The translations under genes and the position numbers were made by a program. A stretch of 41,182 bases of DNA from an uncultured Armatimonadia bacterium (GTDB taxonomy: Bacteria; Armatimonadota; Zipacnadia; Zipacnadales; UBA11051), in NCBI GenBank assembly GCA_964653205.1, contig CAZZDO010000003.1, forward strand, positions 1 to 41,182. Reading direction: 5' to 3'. Below, piece after piece: positions 25,258 through 33,850 of the stretch. The notes beneath the pieces are model-generated. The model saw only the letters and a program-made list of their open reading frames with translations, did no database searches and was not told the DNA's origin. The stretch's first letter is position 1; each line of letters starts with the position of its first letter.

Positions 25258-27714
25258 CTACTGCAGCCGGTGCAGGCTCACATCGTCAATGTAGACGCTC
25301 CCGCCCTGGAAGCTGTCCACGATCGGGATGACCAGCAGGCTCTTGACGGCCGCGCCCTTGATCTCCGCCGGGAGGTCCATCCCCGCCACCAGCAGCTTCC
25401 ATTCCCCCGGCACGGGGTTGATCTTGGTGCTCGCGTTCGGCAGGTTGCCGCCCTTCTCATCGCGCGGCGTGATGACCAGTTCCAGTGTGCCCTGCGGCGT
25501 GTCCTGGTCCTTCGGCACGTACACCCACGCCAGCGCCACGTACTTCCCCGGCCCCGGGAAGGGCAGGCCATAGACCGGCCCGCCCCGGTACATGTGGTCA
25601 CACAGGATGCTCGTCTGGCCGCTGTGGGCCAGGTCCTGGGTCAGGACCATCTTGCCCACCGGCGGCCCGGTCTCGCCGCCCTGGGGCTTGACCCACGGGC
25701 TCCACGGCGCTATGCCCTCCTCGAAGGAGGCGTTCTTCGTCAGCACCTCCGTCTTGCCGTCGGCGACGGCCAGCATGAAGCCGGCCTGTTGCACGACGAG
25801 CGGGCTGTCGGACTTCGCCAGCGCCTCGACCTTCTGCCGCACCGGCCCGCCCTTCATCACGAAGTCCATGGCGGCCCACAGCCCCGCCCCGCCCCACGTG
25901 TCGCCCGACAGCGCCCCAAAGCGGTCAATCCCGAGCGGATTCACCAGCACCGGGTCCTTGGGGTACACCTCCAGGGCCAGATAGCGCCGCTTCTGCGCCA
26001 TCGCCATGGCCGTCGCCGCATCATCCAGCGCCTTGAGGGCGTCGGCCTCCGTCGCCAGCGTCGGCGGCACGGCGGCATTCGCCAGGTACGCCAGCGCCGA
26101 GGCCTCGTAGTACTGGAAGGCCTTTTCCAGCAGTTCGGCCCGCGCGCGCTGCTTGTCGGTCGCGCACTTGGCGAGGCAGCTATCCAGCAGCCGCCGGCTC
26201 TCGAGAATGTCCTCCTTCTTGACGTCCGCCAGATAGCCCGGGCTGCCGAAGTTCAGATACTGCCCGTTCTTGGAGAACCACTTGGAGTTCAGAATGTCCT
26301 TGGTCCAGAAGCGTTCCCAGATGGCGTAGTAGGCCTTCAGGTCCGGCGCCGCCTGCTTCCCCACGCACCGTTCGTACCACTCGTTGAGTAGCTTGTCCAC
26401 ATCCTGGTTCGGGTTCCACCATAGCTTCATGAAGAGGTACGGCTTGGGGCCCTCGCCCCAGTTGGGGTAAATCTCGGCATAGTGAGCCTTCACCCCCTGC
26501 TTCTGGGCGTAGCGCTCGTACACGCCGCTATGGTGGAACCACACCCGCGGCAAGCAGTACGGCGTGCCGTAGATGTAGTCATACCACCCCAACGTCGGGC
26601 TAACGGCGTGCCAGGCCTCGGTGGCCGCGTGTCCGTCCGCCTCGACCTCCGGGTCAATCCACTTCATGCGGTCGTAGGTCATGTACGGGATCAGCCGCTC
26701 GTGTACCTTGACGAGCTGCGGCGGGGCGGCGACTTCGCTGTACGCCAGGCAGCCGAACCACTTGTCGGGGTATTGCTTGAGCACCCCCGCGATGACCTGG
26801 TTGCACCAGTCGTAGTAGATGTCCGAGTAGTCGTACATCCCCAGGAAGTTCTTCTGCTCCGGGAGACGCGCCTGGCACTTCGGGCAGTGGCAGTGGCCGC
26901 TGCTGTCGTTGACGCCGAGGGAGAAGGACGGGGCCTCGGGGTGGGCCGCGAAGTACGCGCAGATCGCGTCAATCGCCACCGGCACCGTCCCCGGATCACT
27001 GAAGCACGGCTGCCAGCCGTGGTAGTGCTTGTCGGGCGGCAGATACCGCGTCTGGCCGTCCTTCATGGGGAAGAACTCGGGGTGGGTCTGGGTGTACAGC
27101 TCGGGCTTGAAGATGTTCTCGCCGAGGCTGTGGTGGAAGCTCACGCGGCCGTGCATGCGGTTGCAGCGCGCCCATTCCGCTTGCGGCGCGCCGCGCAGCC
27201 CGCTGAACAGCCGGGAGAAGAACACCGGCTGGTCCTGCGCCCTACCCTCGGGGATACTGATGGTCCTGGCGGCCGGGACGTCCGTGCCGTTCTCGCCCGG
27301 CAGCAGCCACCGCACGCCCACATGGCGCTCGAGGAAGTCATACACGCCGAACTCGGTACCCCAGTCCGTCGGGCCGCAGATGCTCACGGCCCGGCCCTTG
27401 GCAACGATGACGAAGCCGTCGTCATCGAGGCCCTTGGGGAAGGTCGCGGGCCAGAGCTTCGTCTGGCCGATGAGCACCAGCGGCTGCTGGGCATCCGCCT
27501 GCAGGTCCGGTTCCTTGACGATCGGTAGTTCGGCGCCGGAGGCCGTCTTCACATGGGCCGCCAGCTGCGCGGCGGCGTTCCCGACCTGATCGGACGCGCC
27601 GTCGGGGATGACGATCTGCGCGAGCGGCTGGCCGTCGCGCACGAGGCAGATGTCGGCGGCGGCGACCTGTGTCGCGACGAGCAGGCTCAGCATCAACACT
27701 GCCAGCGGCTTCAT
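25258..27714 (-). CDS. Secreted DUF4838-like (glycoside-hydrolase-related) protein with C-terminal CBM-like domain
   Basis: Signal peptide MKPLAVLMLSLLVATQVAAA. The pattern …GVRWLLPGENGT…HHSLGENIF…HPEFFPMKDG…CFSDPG… resembles DUF4838 proteins. C-terminal NASFEEG...VYIDDVSL is a jelly-roll CBM signature. Confidence 0.65.
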   Translation of the reverse strand: MKPLAVLMLSLLVATQVAAADICLVRDGQPLAQIVIPDGASDQVGNAAAQLAAHVKTASGAELPIVKEPDLQADAQQPLVLIGQTKLWPATFPKGLDDDGFVIVAKGRAVSICGPTDWGTEFGVYDFLERHVGVRWLLPGENGTDVPAARTISIPEGRAQDQPVFFSRLFSGLRGAPQAEWARCNRMHGRVSFHHSLGENIFKPELYTQTHPEFFPMKDGQTRYLPPDKHYHGWQPCFSDPGTVPVAIDAICAYFAAHPEAPSFSLGVNDSSGHCHCPKCQARLPEQKNFLGMYDYSDIYYDWCNQVIAGVLKQYPDKWFGCLAYSEVAAPPQLVKVHERLIPYMTYDRMKWIDPEVEADGHAATEAWHAVSPTLGWYDYIYGTPYCLPRVWFHHSGVYERYAQKQGVKAHYAEIYPNWGEGPKPYLFMKLWWNPNQDVDKLLNEWYERCVGKQAAPDLKAYYAIWERFWTKDILNSKWFSKNGQYLNFGSPGYLADVKKEDILESRRLLDSCLAKCATDKQRARAELLEKAFQYYEASALAYLANAAVPPTLATEADALKALDDAATAMAMAQKRRYLALEVYPKDPVLVNPLGIDRFGALSGDTWGGAGLWAAMDFVMKGGPVRQKVEALAKSDSPLVVQQAGFMLAVADGKTEVLTKNASFEEGIAPWSPWVKPQGGETGPPVGKMVLTQDLAHSGQTSILCDHMYRGGPVYGLPFPGPGKYVALAWVYVPKDQDTPQGTLELVITPRDEKGGNLPNASTKINPVPGEWKLLVAGMDLPAEIKGAAVKSLLVIPIVDSFQGGSVYIDDVSLHRLQ

Positions 27715-27741
27715 GAGCGTGCCTCCAAAGGTGCTTCCCCC

Positions 27742-27784
27742 ACAAACGAAACGCCACGGGGTAGGTTTCCCTCTATCCCGTGGC
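27742..27784 (-). terminator. Hairpin plus T-rich tail downstream of pit, in the DUF4838 gene leader
   Basis: GCCACGGG (27753-27760) pairs with CCCGTGGC (27777-27784) around a 16-nt loop. On the minus strand it is followed by GTTTCGTTTGT. Confidence 0.45.
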
Positions 27785-27797
27785 GGTTCCTTGTGCT

Positions 27798-27906
27798 GTA
27801 GCGGCGCGATTCATCGCGCCCACCACCGTAGCAGCGCGATTCGTCGCGCCCACCACCGTAGCAGCGCGATTCGTCGCGCCCGGGGCGCCATGAATGGCGC
27901 CGCTAC
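27798..27906. repeat. Tandem REP-like array: 3 x ~30-bp GTAGC(G/A)GCGCGATTC(A/G)TCGCGCCC(ACCACC) plus one inverted related copy
   Basis: Units at 27798-27827, 27828-27857 and 27858-27881. The inverted copy GGGGCGCCATGAATGGCGCCGCTAC is at 27882-27906, and its last base overlaps the pit stop codon. Each unit is GTAG followed by a 6-7-bp stem hairpin. Confidence 0.8.
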
Positions 27907-28940
27907 TACCGGCAACCCAGCGAGGCCATGACCCAGTAGGAGAACATCGCCAGGGCGGCGGCGGCGGGGATGGTGAAGATCCAAGCCGTGACGATGTTCG
28001 CCGCGATCTTCCACCGCACCGAGCTGAGGCGGCGCGAGGAGCCCACGCCCATGATCGAGGAGGAGATGACATGGGTGGTGCTAATGGGGGCGCCGATGTG
28101 CGTGGCGGTCTGAATGACCAGGGCCGCCGCCGTCTCGGCCGCGAAGCCGTGGATGAACTTGAGTTCCATGACGTTGCGGCCGATGGTCCTGATAATGCGC
28201 CAGCCGCCGAAGGCCGTCCCCAGCGCCATGGCGGTCGCGCACGCGACCTTGACCCACGCCGGAATGTGAAAGCTGGAGATGAACCCGCCCGACAGCAGCG
28301 CCATGCTGATGATGCCCATGGACTTCTGGGCGTCATTGCCGCCGTGGCTGAAGGCCATGAAAGCCGCGGACACGACCTGCAGGTAACGGAACCCGTGATT
28401 GAGCCGCCACGGCGTGGCGCGGCGGAACAGCCACAGCAATAGGACCATGAGGAAGAAACCGCCGATGTAGCCGGCCAGGGGCGACACGAACAGCGCGATC
28501 AGGGTCTTTTCCAGGCCCGCCGCCTCGAAGACGCCGTAGTGCAGGCGCCACGAGACCGTTCCGTTCTCCTGCACCCACTTGAACTGCGACAGGCCGGCCG
28601 CGCCGATCAGCCCGCCGATGAGCGCATGGGACGAGCTGCTCGGCAGGCCGTAGTACCACGTGATGAGATTCCAGGTGATGGCTCCGATCAGGGCGGCCAT
28701 GACCACCCCGTGCGTGACCGCCACGGGATCCACGATGCCCTTGCCGATCGTCCCGGCCACGGCTTCGGAGACAAAGGCCCCGGCGAAGTTGAGCGCCGCG
28801 GCCATCAGAATGGCTGCCGGGATGGTCAGCGCCTTCGTCAGCACCGAGGTGGCAATGGCGTTGGCCGTGTCGTGGAAGCCGTTGATGAAATCAAACGCCA
28901 GGGCAAGGACCACGATGACGATCAGGAACGGATCAAGCAT
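27906..28940 (-). CDS. pit: Inorganic phosphate transporter, PiT (PHO4) family
   Basis: N-terminal FDFINGFHDTANAIATSV signature and a second-half HGGNDAQKSMG repeat. Multiple TM helices. Overlaps the upstream DUF47 gene by 8 nt (ATGCTTGA). Confidence 0.9.
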   Translation of the reverse strand: MLDPFLIVIVVLALAFDFINGFHDTANAIATSVLTKALTIPAAILMAAALNFAGAFVSEAVAGTIGKGIVDPVAVTHGVVMAALIGAITWNLITWYYGLPSSSSHALIGGLIGAAGLSQFKWVQENGTVSWRLHYGVFEAAGLEKTLIALFVSPLAGYIGGFFLMVLLLWLFRRATPWRLNHGFRYLQVVSAAFMAFSHGGNDAQKSMGIISMALLSGGFISSFHIPAWVKVACATAMALGTAFGGWRIIRTIGRNVMELKFIHGFAAETAAALVIQTATHIGAPISTTHVISSSIMGVGSSRRLSSVRWKIAANIVTAWIFTIPAAAALAMFSYWVMASLGCR

Positions 28941-29607
28941 TCTTGACCACCACGGACTCCACGAGATTGGCCGCGTCCTCGCACATGTCCAGGGCCTCCT
29001 CCATCATCTCGTAGATGTCCTTCCACTTGATGATGTCGCGGGCATCGGCCGTCTCGCGAAACAGGGCGCCCAACGCCTCCTTCAGCAGCGCGTCGCCCCG
29101 GTTCTCAAGCTCGTTGATGGTGGCACAGTAGTGGCTGCTGCCGGGCTGCAGCGTGTGCAGAGCGTGCATGTTGTCGCGCAGCACCGTGGCGGCCTGGAGC
29201 AGGAGATCCGCGATCTGCTGGCAGTGCGGCGTCGGCTGCTGAATGTCATATGTGCGGAAGCGGTCAATGACCCCCTTGATGTGGTCGGCCACGTCGTCCA
29301 GCCGCTCCGCCAGCCGGTAGATGTCCTCACGGTCCAGCATGACCGGCGTGACGAAGGTTGTGTTCAGCCGCTCGACAATGCCGTGGACGACTTCGTCACT
29401 GGCGTGCTCGACCTCATCAATCTTCGTCAGCGCGTAGGACATGCGGCTGTAGTCGTCCGTGACCTCCTTGAGGACCGTAGCCGCTTCGAGCGCGTAGTCG
29501 CTCAGTTGCTGGAACAGCTCGAAGAAGTCCTCTTCCTTGGGCATGAAGGCGCCCAGAACGCGCTGGAAGCCGGAGAGGGGACGACGCTTGGGGGAGGGTG
29601 ACGACAT
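28933..29607 (-). CDS. DUF47 / PhoU-like Pit accessory protein
   Basis: 224 aa, …MPKEEDFFELFQQL…EHASDEVVHGI…DREDIY…, the typical partner encoded upstream of pit. GGAG upstream of ATG 29607. Confidence 0.8.
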   Translation of the reverse strand: MSSPSPKRRPLSGFQRVLGAFMPKEEDFFELFQQLSDYALEAATVLKEVTDDYSRMSYALTKIDEVEHASDEVVHGIVERLNTTFVTPVMLDREDIYRLAERLDDVADHIKGVIDRFRTYDIQQPTPHCQQIADLLLQAATVLRDNMHALHTLQPGSSHYCATINELENRGDALLKEALGALFRETADARDIIKWKDIYEMMEEALDMCEDAANLVESVVVKNA

Positions 29608-29621
29608 GGGGGGTCTAGCTC

Positions 29622-29651
29622 CTTAACCTACGCTTAACCGAAACCTAACAA
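29622..29651. promoter_or_regulatory. Pho-box-like array: three 8-bp direct repeats at 11-bp phasing
   Basis: CTTAACCT-acg-CTTAACCG-aaa-CCTAACAA, an AT-rich island in a GC-rich genome. It lies in the divergent region between the DUF47-pit operon and the methyltransferase gene. Confidence 0.4.
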
Positions 29652-29754
29652 TCGGCCATTGTACCCGAGAGCGGGGCCGAAGGGGAAGGGCCTTGTGTCC
29701 CGGACCAGGAGGCGAGAGGCTGCCACGGCGCGAATAGGAGCCTGGTGATGCCTC

Positions 29755-30579
29755 GTGCGCGACTGGCGCGACAAGAACAAGCTGAACGACCTGAGCACCC
29801 GCGACTGGCTCAAGTTCCAGAAGAGTTGGTTCATCCACAACCCGCCGCCACGCCAGAAGGGCGTGCTGCGCCATCCTGCCAAGTTCCCTGAGAGCATGAT
29901 CGAGGAGTTCATCCGCTTCTTCACCAAGGCCGGGCAGGTCGTGCTGGACCCGATGGCCGGGACGGGGAGCACCGTGGTGGCTGCCGCGCGCGCCGGCCGC
30001 GTGGGCCTCGGCGTCGAGCTGCAGGAGCAATACGCGCAGATCGCACGGGAGTGGCTGGACGAGGAGCAACGCCGTCTCTTCTCCGAGGCGCCCGAGGGCT
30101 CGCGCATCATCACCGGCGATGCGCTCAAGCTCGGGCGGATGAAGCTCCCGCCGGTTGACTACTGCATTACCTCCCCGCCATACTGGGACATGCTGCGCCG
30201 CCAGGGCTTCGAGACCCAGCGGAAGCGGGCGCAGGCCGATGATCTGGACATGTACTACTCCGAGGATGAGGCCGACCTGGGGAACATCGAGGACTACGAT
30301 GAGTTTCTGCGGCTGCTGCTGAGAGTTTACCGCCAGGTCGCCAAGGTGTTGCGCGAAGGCGCCTATCTGACGGTCATCGTCAAGAACGTCAAGAAGGGCG
30401 GCACGATCTACCCGCTGGCCTGGGACCTCGGGCGCGGCGTGGGTCGCTTCCTGAAGCTCAAGGACGAGAAGATCTGGTGCCAGGACAACCAGAAGCTCGC
30501 GCCCTATGGCATGGGCAATGCCTGGGTGTCCAACACCATGCACCATTACTGCCTGAACTTCCGCAAGGAGCGGACATGA
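29755..30579 (+). CDS. N4-cytosine/N6-adenine DNA methyltransferase-like protein (N6_N4_Mtase type, permuted motif order, SPPY catalytic motif)
   Basis: GTG start at 29755 (the frame with G/C-rich third positions), with AGGAG upstream. RHPAKFPESMIEEFIRFFTKAGQVVLDPMAGTGSTVVAA (motifs X and I) precedes DYCITSPPYWD (motif IV). No endonuclease gene lies next to it. Confidence 0.65.
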   Translation: MRDWRDKNKLNDLSTRDWLKFQKSWFIHNPPPRQKGVLRHPAKFPESMIEEFIRFFTKAGQVVLDPMAGTGSTVVAAARAGRVGLGVELQEQYAQIAREWLDEEQRRLFSEAPEGSRIITGDALKLGRMKLPPVDYCITSPPYWDMLRRQGFETQRKRAQADDLDMYYSEDEADLGNIEDYDEFLRLLLRVYRQVAKVLREGAYLTVIVKNVKKGGTIYPLAWDLGRGVGRFLKLKDEKIWCQDNQKLAPYGMGNAWVSNTMHHYCLNFRKERT

Positions 30580-31979
30580 CCATAGAACTACCCGCTGCCG
30601 TTGCACCTGTCGCCGAGGAAGTGGATGTGCTCGTCTGCGGGGGCGGCCTCGGGGGCGTCGCCGCCGCCACCGCCGCGGCCCGCGCCGGCGCCAGGACACT
30701 GCTCGTCGAGCGCAACACCTACCTCGGCGGCGTCGCCACCGCCGGCATGTGCTGCTCGATCTTCAACTGCTACTTCACCTCCGGCGGCGAATGGGGTACG
30801 ACCGGCATCGCCGTCGAGGTCGCCGACCGCCTCGCCGACGCTGCCGGCTTTGGCGACAAGTGGCGCCGCCACAAGGGTCACATCATCTACGACCTCGAGC
30901 AGGCGAAGTTCGTGCTGCAGGAGATGGTCGAGGAGGCCGGCGCGACCGTGCGCCTGGGCGGCGTTGTCACTGGAGCGGTCGTGGAAGATGATGTGCTCCA
31001 AGGCGTGATCGTCCACACCAAGGCCGGGCCACAGGCGCTGCTCGCGCGCGTCGTGGTGGACGCCACCGGCGATGCCGACGTGGCGGCGCTGGCCGGGGCG
31101 CCGCTGCAGCGCTGTGAGCGCGGCCTGCATTCCCTCTGCTTTCGGCTCGGGAATGTGGACGTGGACGCCTTCGTCGCCTACTTCCGCGACCACCCCGAGG
31201 AGTACGCCGAGTACATGGATGTCGAGTGGACGCTGGCCGAGGCGCTGGCGCAGTACGACGACTGCGGCACGTTCCTGTTCCCGCACGGCGGCGGGATGCA
31301 GATGAGCGCCTTCCAGCAGGCCCGCGCCGATGGCGTGCTGCCCGACACGATCGGCCTGCAGGACAACGTGGATGCCGCCCAGATGCATGCCCTGCGCCAG
31401 ACCGGCATCGTCCACGTCATCTCCGGCTTCACGCACTTCGACGGGCTCGACCCCGACCTCATCACCCGCAGCCTCAGCGATGGCCGCCGCATGGTCTTCA
31501 CGCTGGCCGAGGTCTACCGCCGCTACATCCCCGGCTTCGCCAACGCCTTCATCGCGGGCACGGGCGACAACCTCGGGGTCCGCGCCTCGCGCTACCTCGA
31601 CGGTGATTGCGTGTTCACCCGCGAGATGCTGCAGGCCGGGGCGCGCGCGGCGGACGCCATCGGCCGGTCGGTCGGCTGGGAGAGCGAAGTACGCCACCAC
31701 GGCAAGAACGCGTGGGGCGCACAGGTCCTCCACGCCGACAGCTTCGACATTCCCTATGGCTGCCTGCTGCCGCAGCAGATCGAGGGCTTGCTGATGGGCG
31801 CCGGCCGCAGCGTCAGCGCCGTGGACCCGTTCATCCTGCGGACGATGGTGCAGACGATGGTAGTCGGGCAGGGCGCCGGCGCCGCCGCCGCCGTGGCGGC
31901 CGGTGCCGGAGTCACGCCGCGTGGAGTCGCCGTGGATGCCGTCCAGGCCGAGTTGCGGCGCCAGGGAGTGGCGCTCTGA
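30576..31979 (+). CDS. FAD-dependent oxidoreductase
   Basis: ATG 30576 overlaps the methyltransferase stop (ATGA). N-terminal dinucleotide-binding motif DVLVCGGGLGGVAAATAAARAGARTLLVE. Later DATGDADVA. Confidence 0.75.
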   Translation: MTIELPAAVAPVAEEVDVLVCGGGLGGVAAATAAARAGARTLLVERNTYLGGVATAGMCCSIFNCYFTSGGEWGTTGIAVEVADRLADAAGFGDKWRRHKGHIIYDLEQAKFVLQEMVEEAGATVRLGGVVTGAVVEDDVLQGVIVHTKAGPQALLARVVVDATGDADVAALAGAPLQRCERGLHSLCFRLGNVDVDAFVAYFRDHPEEYAEYMDVEWTLAEALAQYDDCGTFLFPHGGGMQMSAFQQARADGVLPDTIGLQDNVDAAQMHALRQTGIVHVISGFTHFDGLDPDLITRSLSDGRRMVFTLAEVYRRYIPGFANAFIAGTGDNLGVRASRYLDGDCVFTREMLQAGARAADAIGRSVGWESEVRHHGKNAWGAQVLHADSFDIPYGCLLPQQIEGLLMGAGRSVSAVDPFILRTMVQTMVVGQGAGAAAAVAAGAGVTPRGVAVDAVQAELRRQGVAL

Positions 31980-33157
31980 TGGCTGACCGGATCAGAGTCG
32001 CCTATCTCGACCATGCCGCCGATGTGGGCGGGGGCGCCGAAGAGGCTCTCGTGGACCTGCTGCGCTTCGTGGACCGCGACCTGGTCGAGCCGCGGCTCAT
32101 TGTGGCCGACCGCACCGACTGGCTGCGGGGCGTGGACGTGGCCGAGGACCAGATCGTCCGTTTCTTCCCCGAGAGCGAGGAGATCCTGGAGCGCTCCCGC
32201 GACACGCTCGGCGACTCACGCTCGAACCTGCGGAGCTTCGGGCGCAGCGTCGGGCCGGTGCGGCAACTGGCGCGCCTGCTCAAGCGGGAGCGGGTGGACC
32301 TCGTCCACACCAACTCGCTCAAGACGCACGTGCTGGGCGGGCTGGCCGCGCGCATGGCCCGCAAGCCGCTGATCTGGGATGTGCGCGACATCCTCGACCC
32401 CGGCCCGGCGCGGCGTTTGCTGCTCAACGTCGCACGGCTGTCGCGCCCGCACATCATCGCCATGTCGGCGGCGGTGGGACGCTTCCTCGAGCCGGCGCAC
32501 TGCCCCACGACGGTCGTCCACGGCGGCCGCAGCCCCGAGCACTTCCGGCAAGTCCCGCCCTCCGACGCCCTGCGGGCTGAGCTGGGCCTGACGCCGGACA
32601 ATGAAGTCATCACCGTCATCGCTCGCCTGACGCCGTGGAAGGGCCACATGGTGCTGCTGGATGCCTTCCGGGCCGTGCACGTCGAGCACCCGCAGGCGCG
32701 ACTGGTCGTCGTCGGCGCCCCGACGTTCTGGGAGGAGACTTACCTGACGGAGTTGCAGGAGCGGGCCGCGTACCTCGGCTGTGCCGAGGCCATCCGCTGG
32801 ACGGGCTTCCGCGATGACATCCCGGACATCCTCGCGCTCACCGACATCATGGTCCTGCCGTCCTTCAGCGAGCCCTTCGGCATCGTCATCGTCGAGGCCA
32901 TGGTCGCGGGCAAGCCGGTGATCGTCTGCGACAGCGGCGGCCCGCCGGAGATCGTGGAGGATGGCGTCACCGGGTTGATCGTCCCGACGCGCAAGGTCGG
33001 GCCGCTGGCCGACGCCATCGTGGAGCTGTTGTCGCACCCGTGCCGCGCCCAGGAGATGGGTCGGCGCGGCCGCGAGCGCGCCGTCGAGCACTTCGACATC
33101 CGCCGCTCGGTCCGCCAGATCGAGGGCATCTACCGGCAGATCATGCAGCGCCGCTGA
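31979..33157 (+). CDS. Glycosyltransferase family 4 (GT-B fold)
   Basis: ATG 31979 overlaps the upstream stop (TGATG). The C-terminal half has …PSFSEPFGIVIVEAMVAGKPVIVCDSGGPPEIVEDGVTGLIV…, the EX7E-type GT4 signature. Confidence 0.8.
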   Translation: MADRIRVAYLDHAADVGGGAEEALVDLLRFVDRDLVEPRLIVADRTDWLRGVDVAEDQIVRFFPESEEILERSRDTLGDSRSNLRSFGRSVGPVRQLARLLKRERVDLVHTNSLKTHVLGGLAARMARKPLIWDVRDILDPGPARRLLLNVARLSRPHIIAMSAAVGRFLEPAHCPTTVVHGGRSPEHFRQVPPSDALRAELGLTPDNEVITVIARLTPWKGHMVLLDAFRAVHVEHPQARLVVVGAPTFWEETYLTELQERAAYLGCAEAIRWTGFRDDIPDILALTDIMVLPSFSEPFGIVIVEAMVAGKPVIVCDSGGPPEIVEDGVTGLIVPTRKVGPLADAIVELLSHPCRAQEMGRRGRERAVEHFDIRRSVRQIEGIYRQIMQRR

Positions 33158-33172
33158 AGGCGAGTTGCGTCC

Positions 33173-33835
33173 ATGAGCCAGCCCCCCCTGCTCAAAGTCT
33201 GTGGTCTCACCACCATCCCCGACCTCAAACACGCCCGCCGCTGCGGCGCCGACTTCCTGGGCGCCATCGTCGAGGTTCCGTCGTCACCGCGCTCCATCTC
33301 GCTGGCGCAGGCTGCCGTGCTGGCTCGCCTGTGCCCGGACCGTCTCGTGGCCGTCACAACCAGCGGCGACGCGGCGCAACTGCGGCGGATCGTCGAGGCG
33401 CTCCGGCCCCGCGCGCTGCAGTTGCACAGCCCCGCGGCTCTCACCGCCGCGCCGGACTTGCGCGGCCAGACGCGGCTCTGGCTGGCCGTGCCGATGCCGG
33501 TGCAGGCCGATGACCTCGCGGCCGCCATCGCGCAAGCCCTCGGCGTCATCGAGCAGGCGCAGGCCGCCGGAGTCGAGATGATCGTCCTGGACACCTCCGT
33601 GAAGGGCCGCACGGGCGGCACGGGGCAGACGTCGGACTGGGACATCGCGGCCGAGGTCGTGCGCCGCTCGCCGCTGCCGGTGCTGCTGGCCGGGGGCATT
33701 GGCCCGGACAACGCGGCCGAGGCCCTGTCTCGCGTTCACCCCGCCGGGCTCGACGCCAGCAGCCGCCTGGAGTCTTCGCCGGGCCGCAAAGACCCCGCCG
33801 CCGTGCGCGACCTCGCGCGGGTGGTCAAGCCATGA
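33173..33835 (+). CDS. trpF: Phosphoribosylanthranilate isomerase
   Basis: Motifs KVCGLT, GGTGQTSDW, LAGGIGPDN and GLDASSRLESSPGRKD. Confidence 0.8.
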   Translation: MSQPPLLKVCGLTTIPDLKHARRCGADFLGAIVEVPSSPRSISLAQAAVLARLCPDRLVAVTTSGDAAQLRRIVEALRPRALQLHSPAALTAAPDLRGQTRLWLAVPMPVQADDLAAAIAQALGVIEQAQAAGVEMIVLDTSVKGRTGGTGQTSDWDIAAEVVRRSPLPVLLAGGIGPDNAAEALSRVHPAGLDASSRLESSPGRKDPAAVRDLARVVKP

Positions 33836-33850
33836 GCCGGAGGCCCCGCC

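Noticed and set aside
27798-27906. Possible mini-CRISPR array (three regularly spaced repeats)
   Set aside because: The period is only 30 bp, with identical 6-nt 'spacers' (ACCACC). The fourth member is inverted, each repeat is a GTAG-hairpin, and no cas genes are in the window. It behaves like a REP/BIME-type array.
29755-30579. Methyltransferase as part of a restriction-modification system
   Set aside because: No endonuclease-like or specificity-subunit ORF lies adjacent. The neighbours are the DUF47-Pit operon (divergent) and an FAD oxidoreductase. I treat it as orphan.
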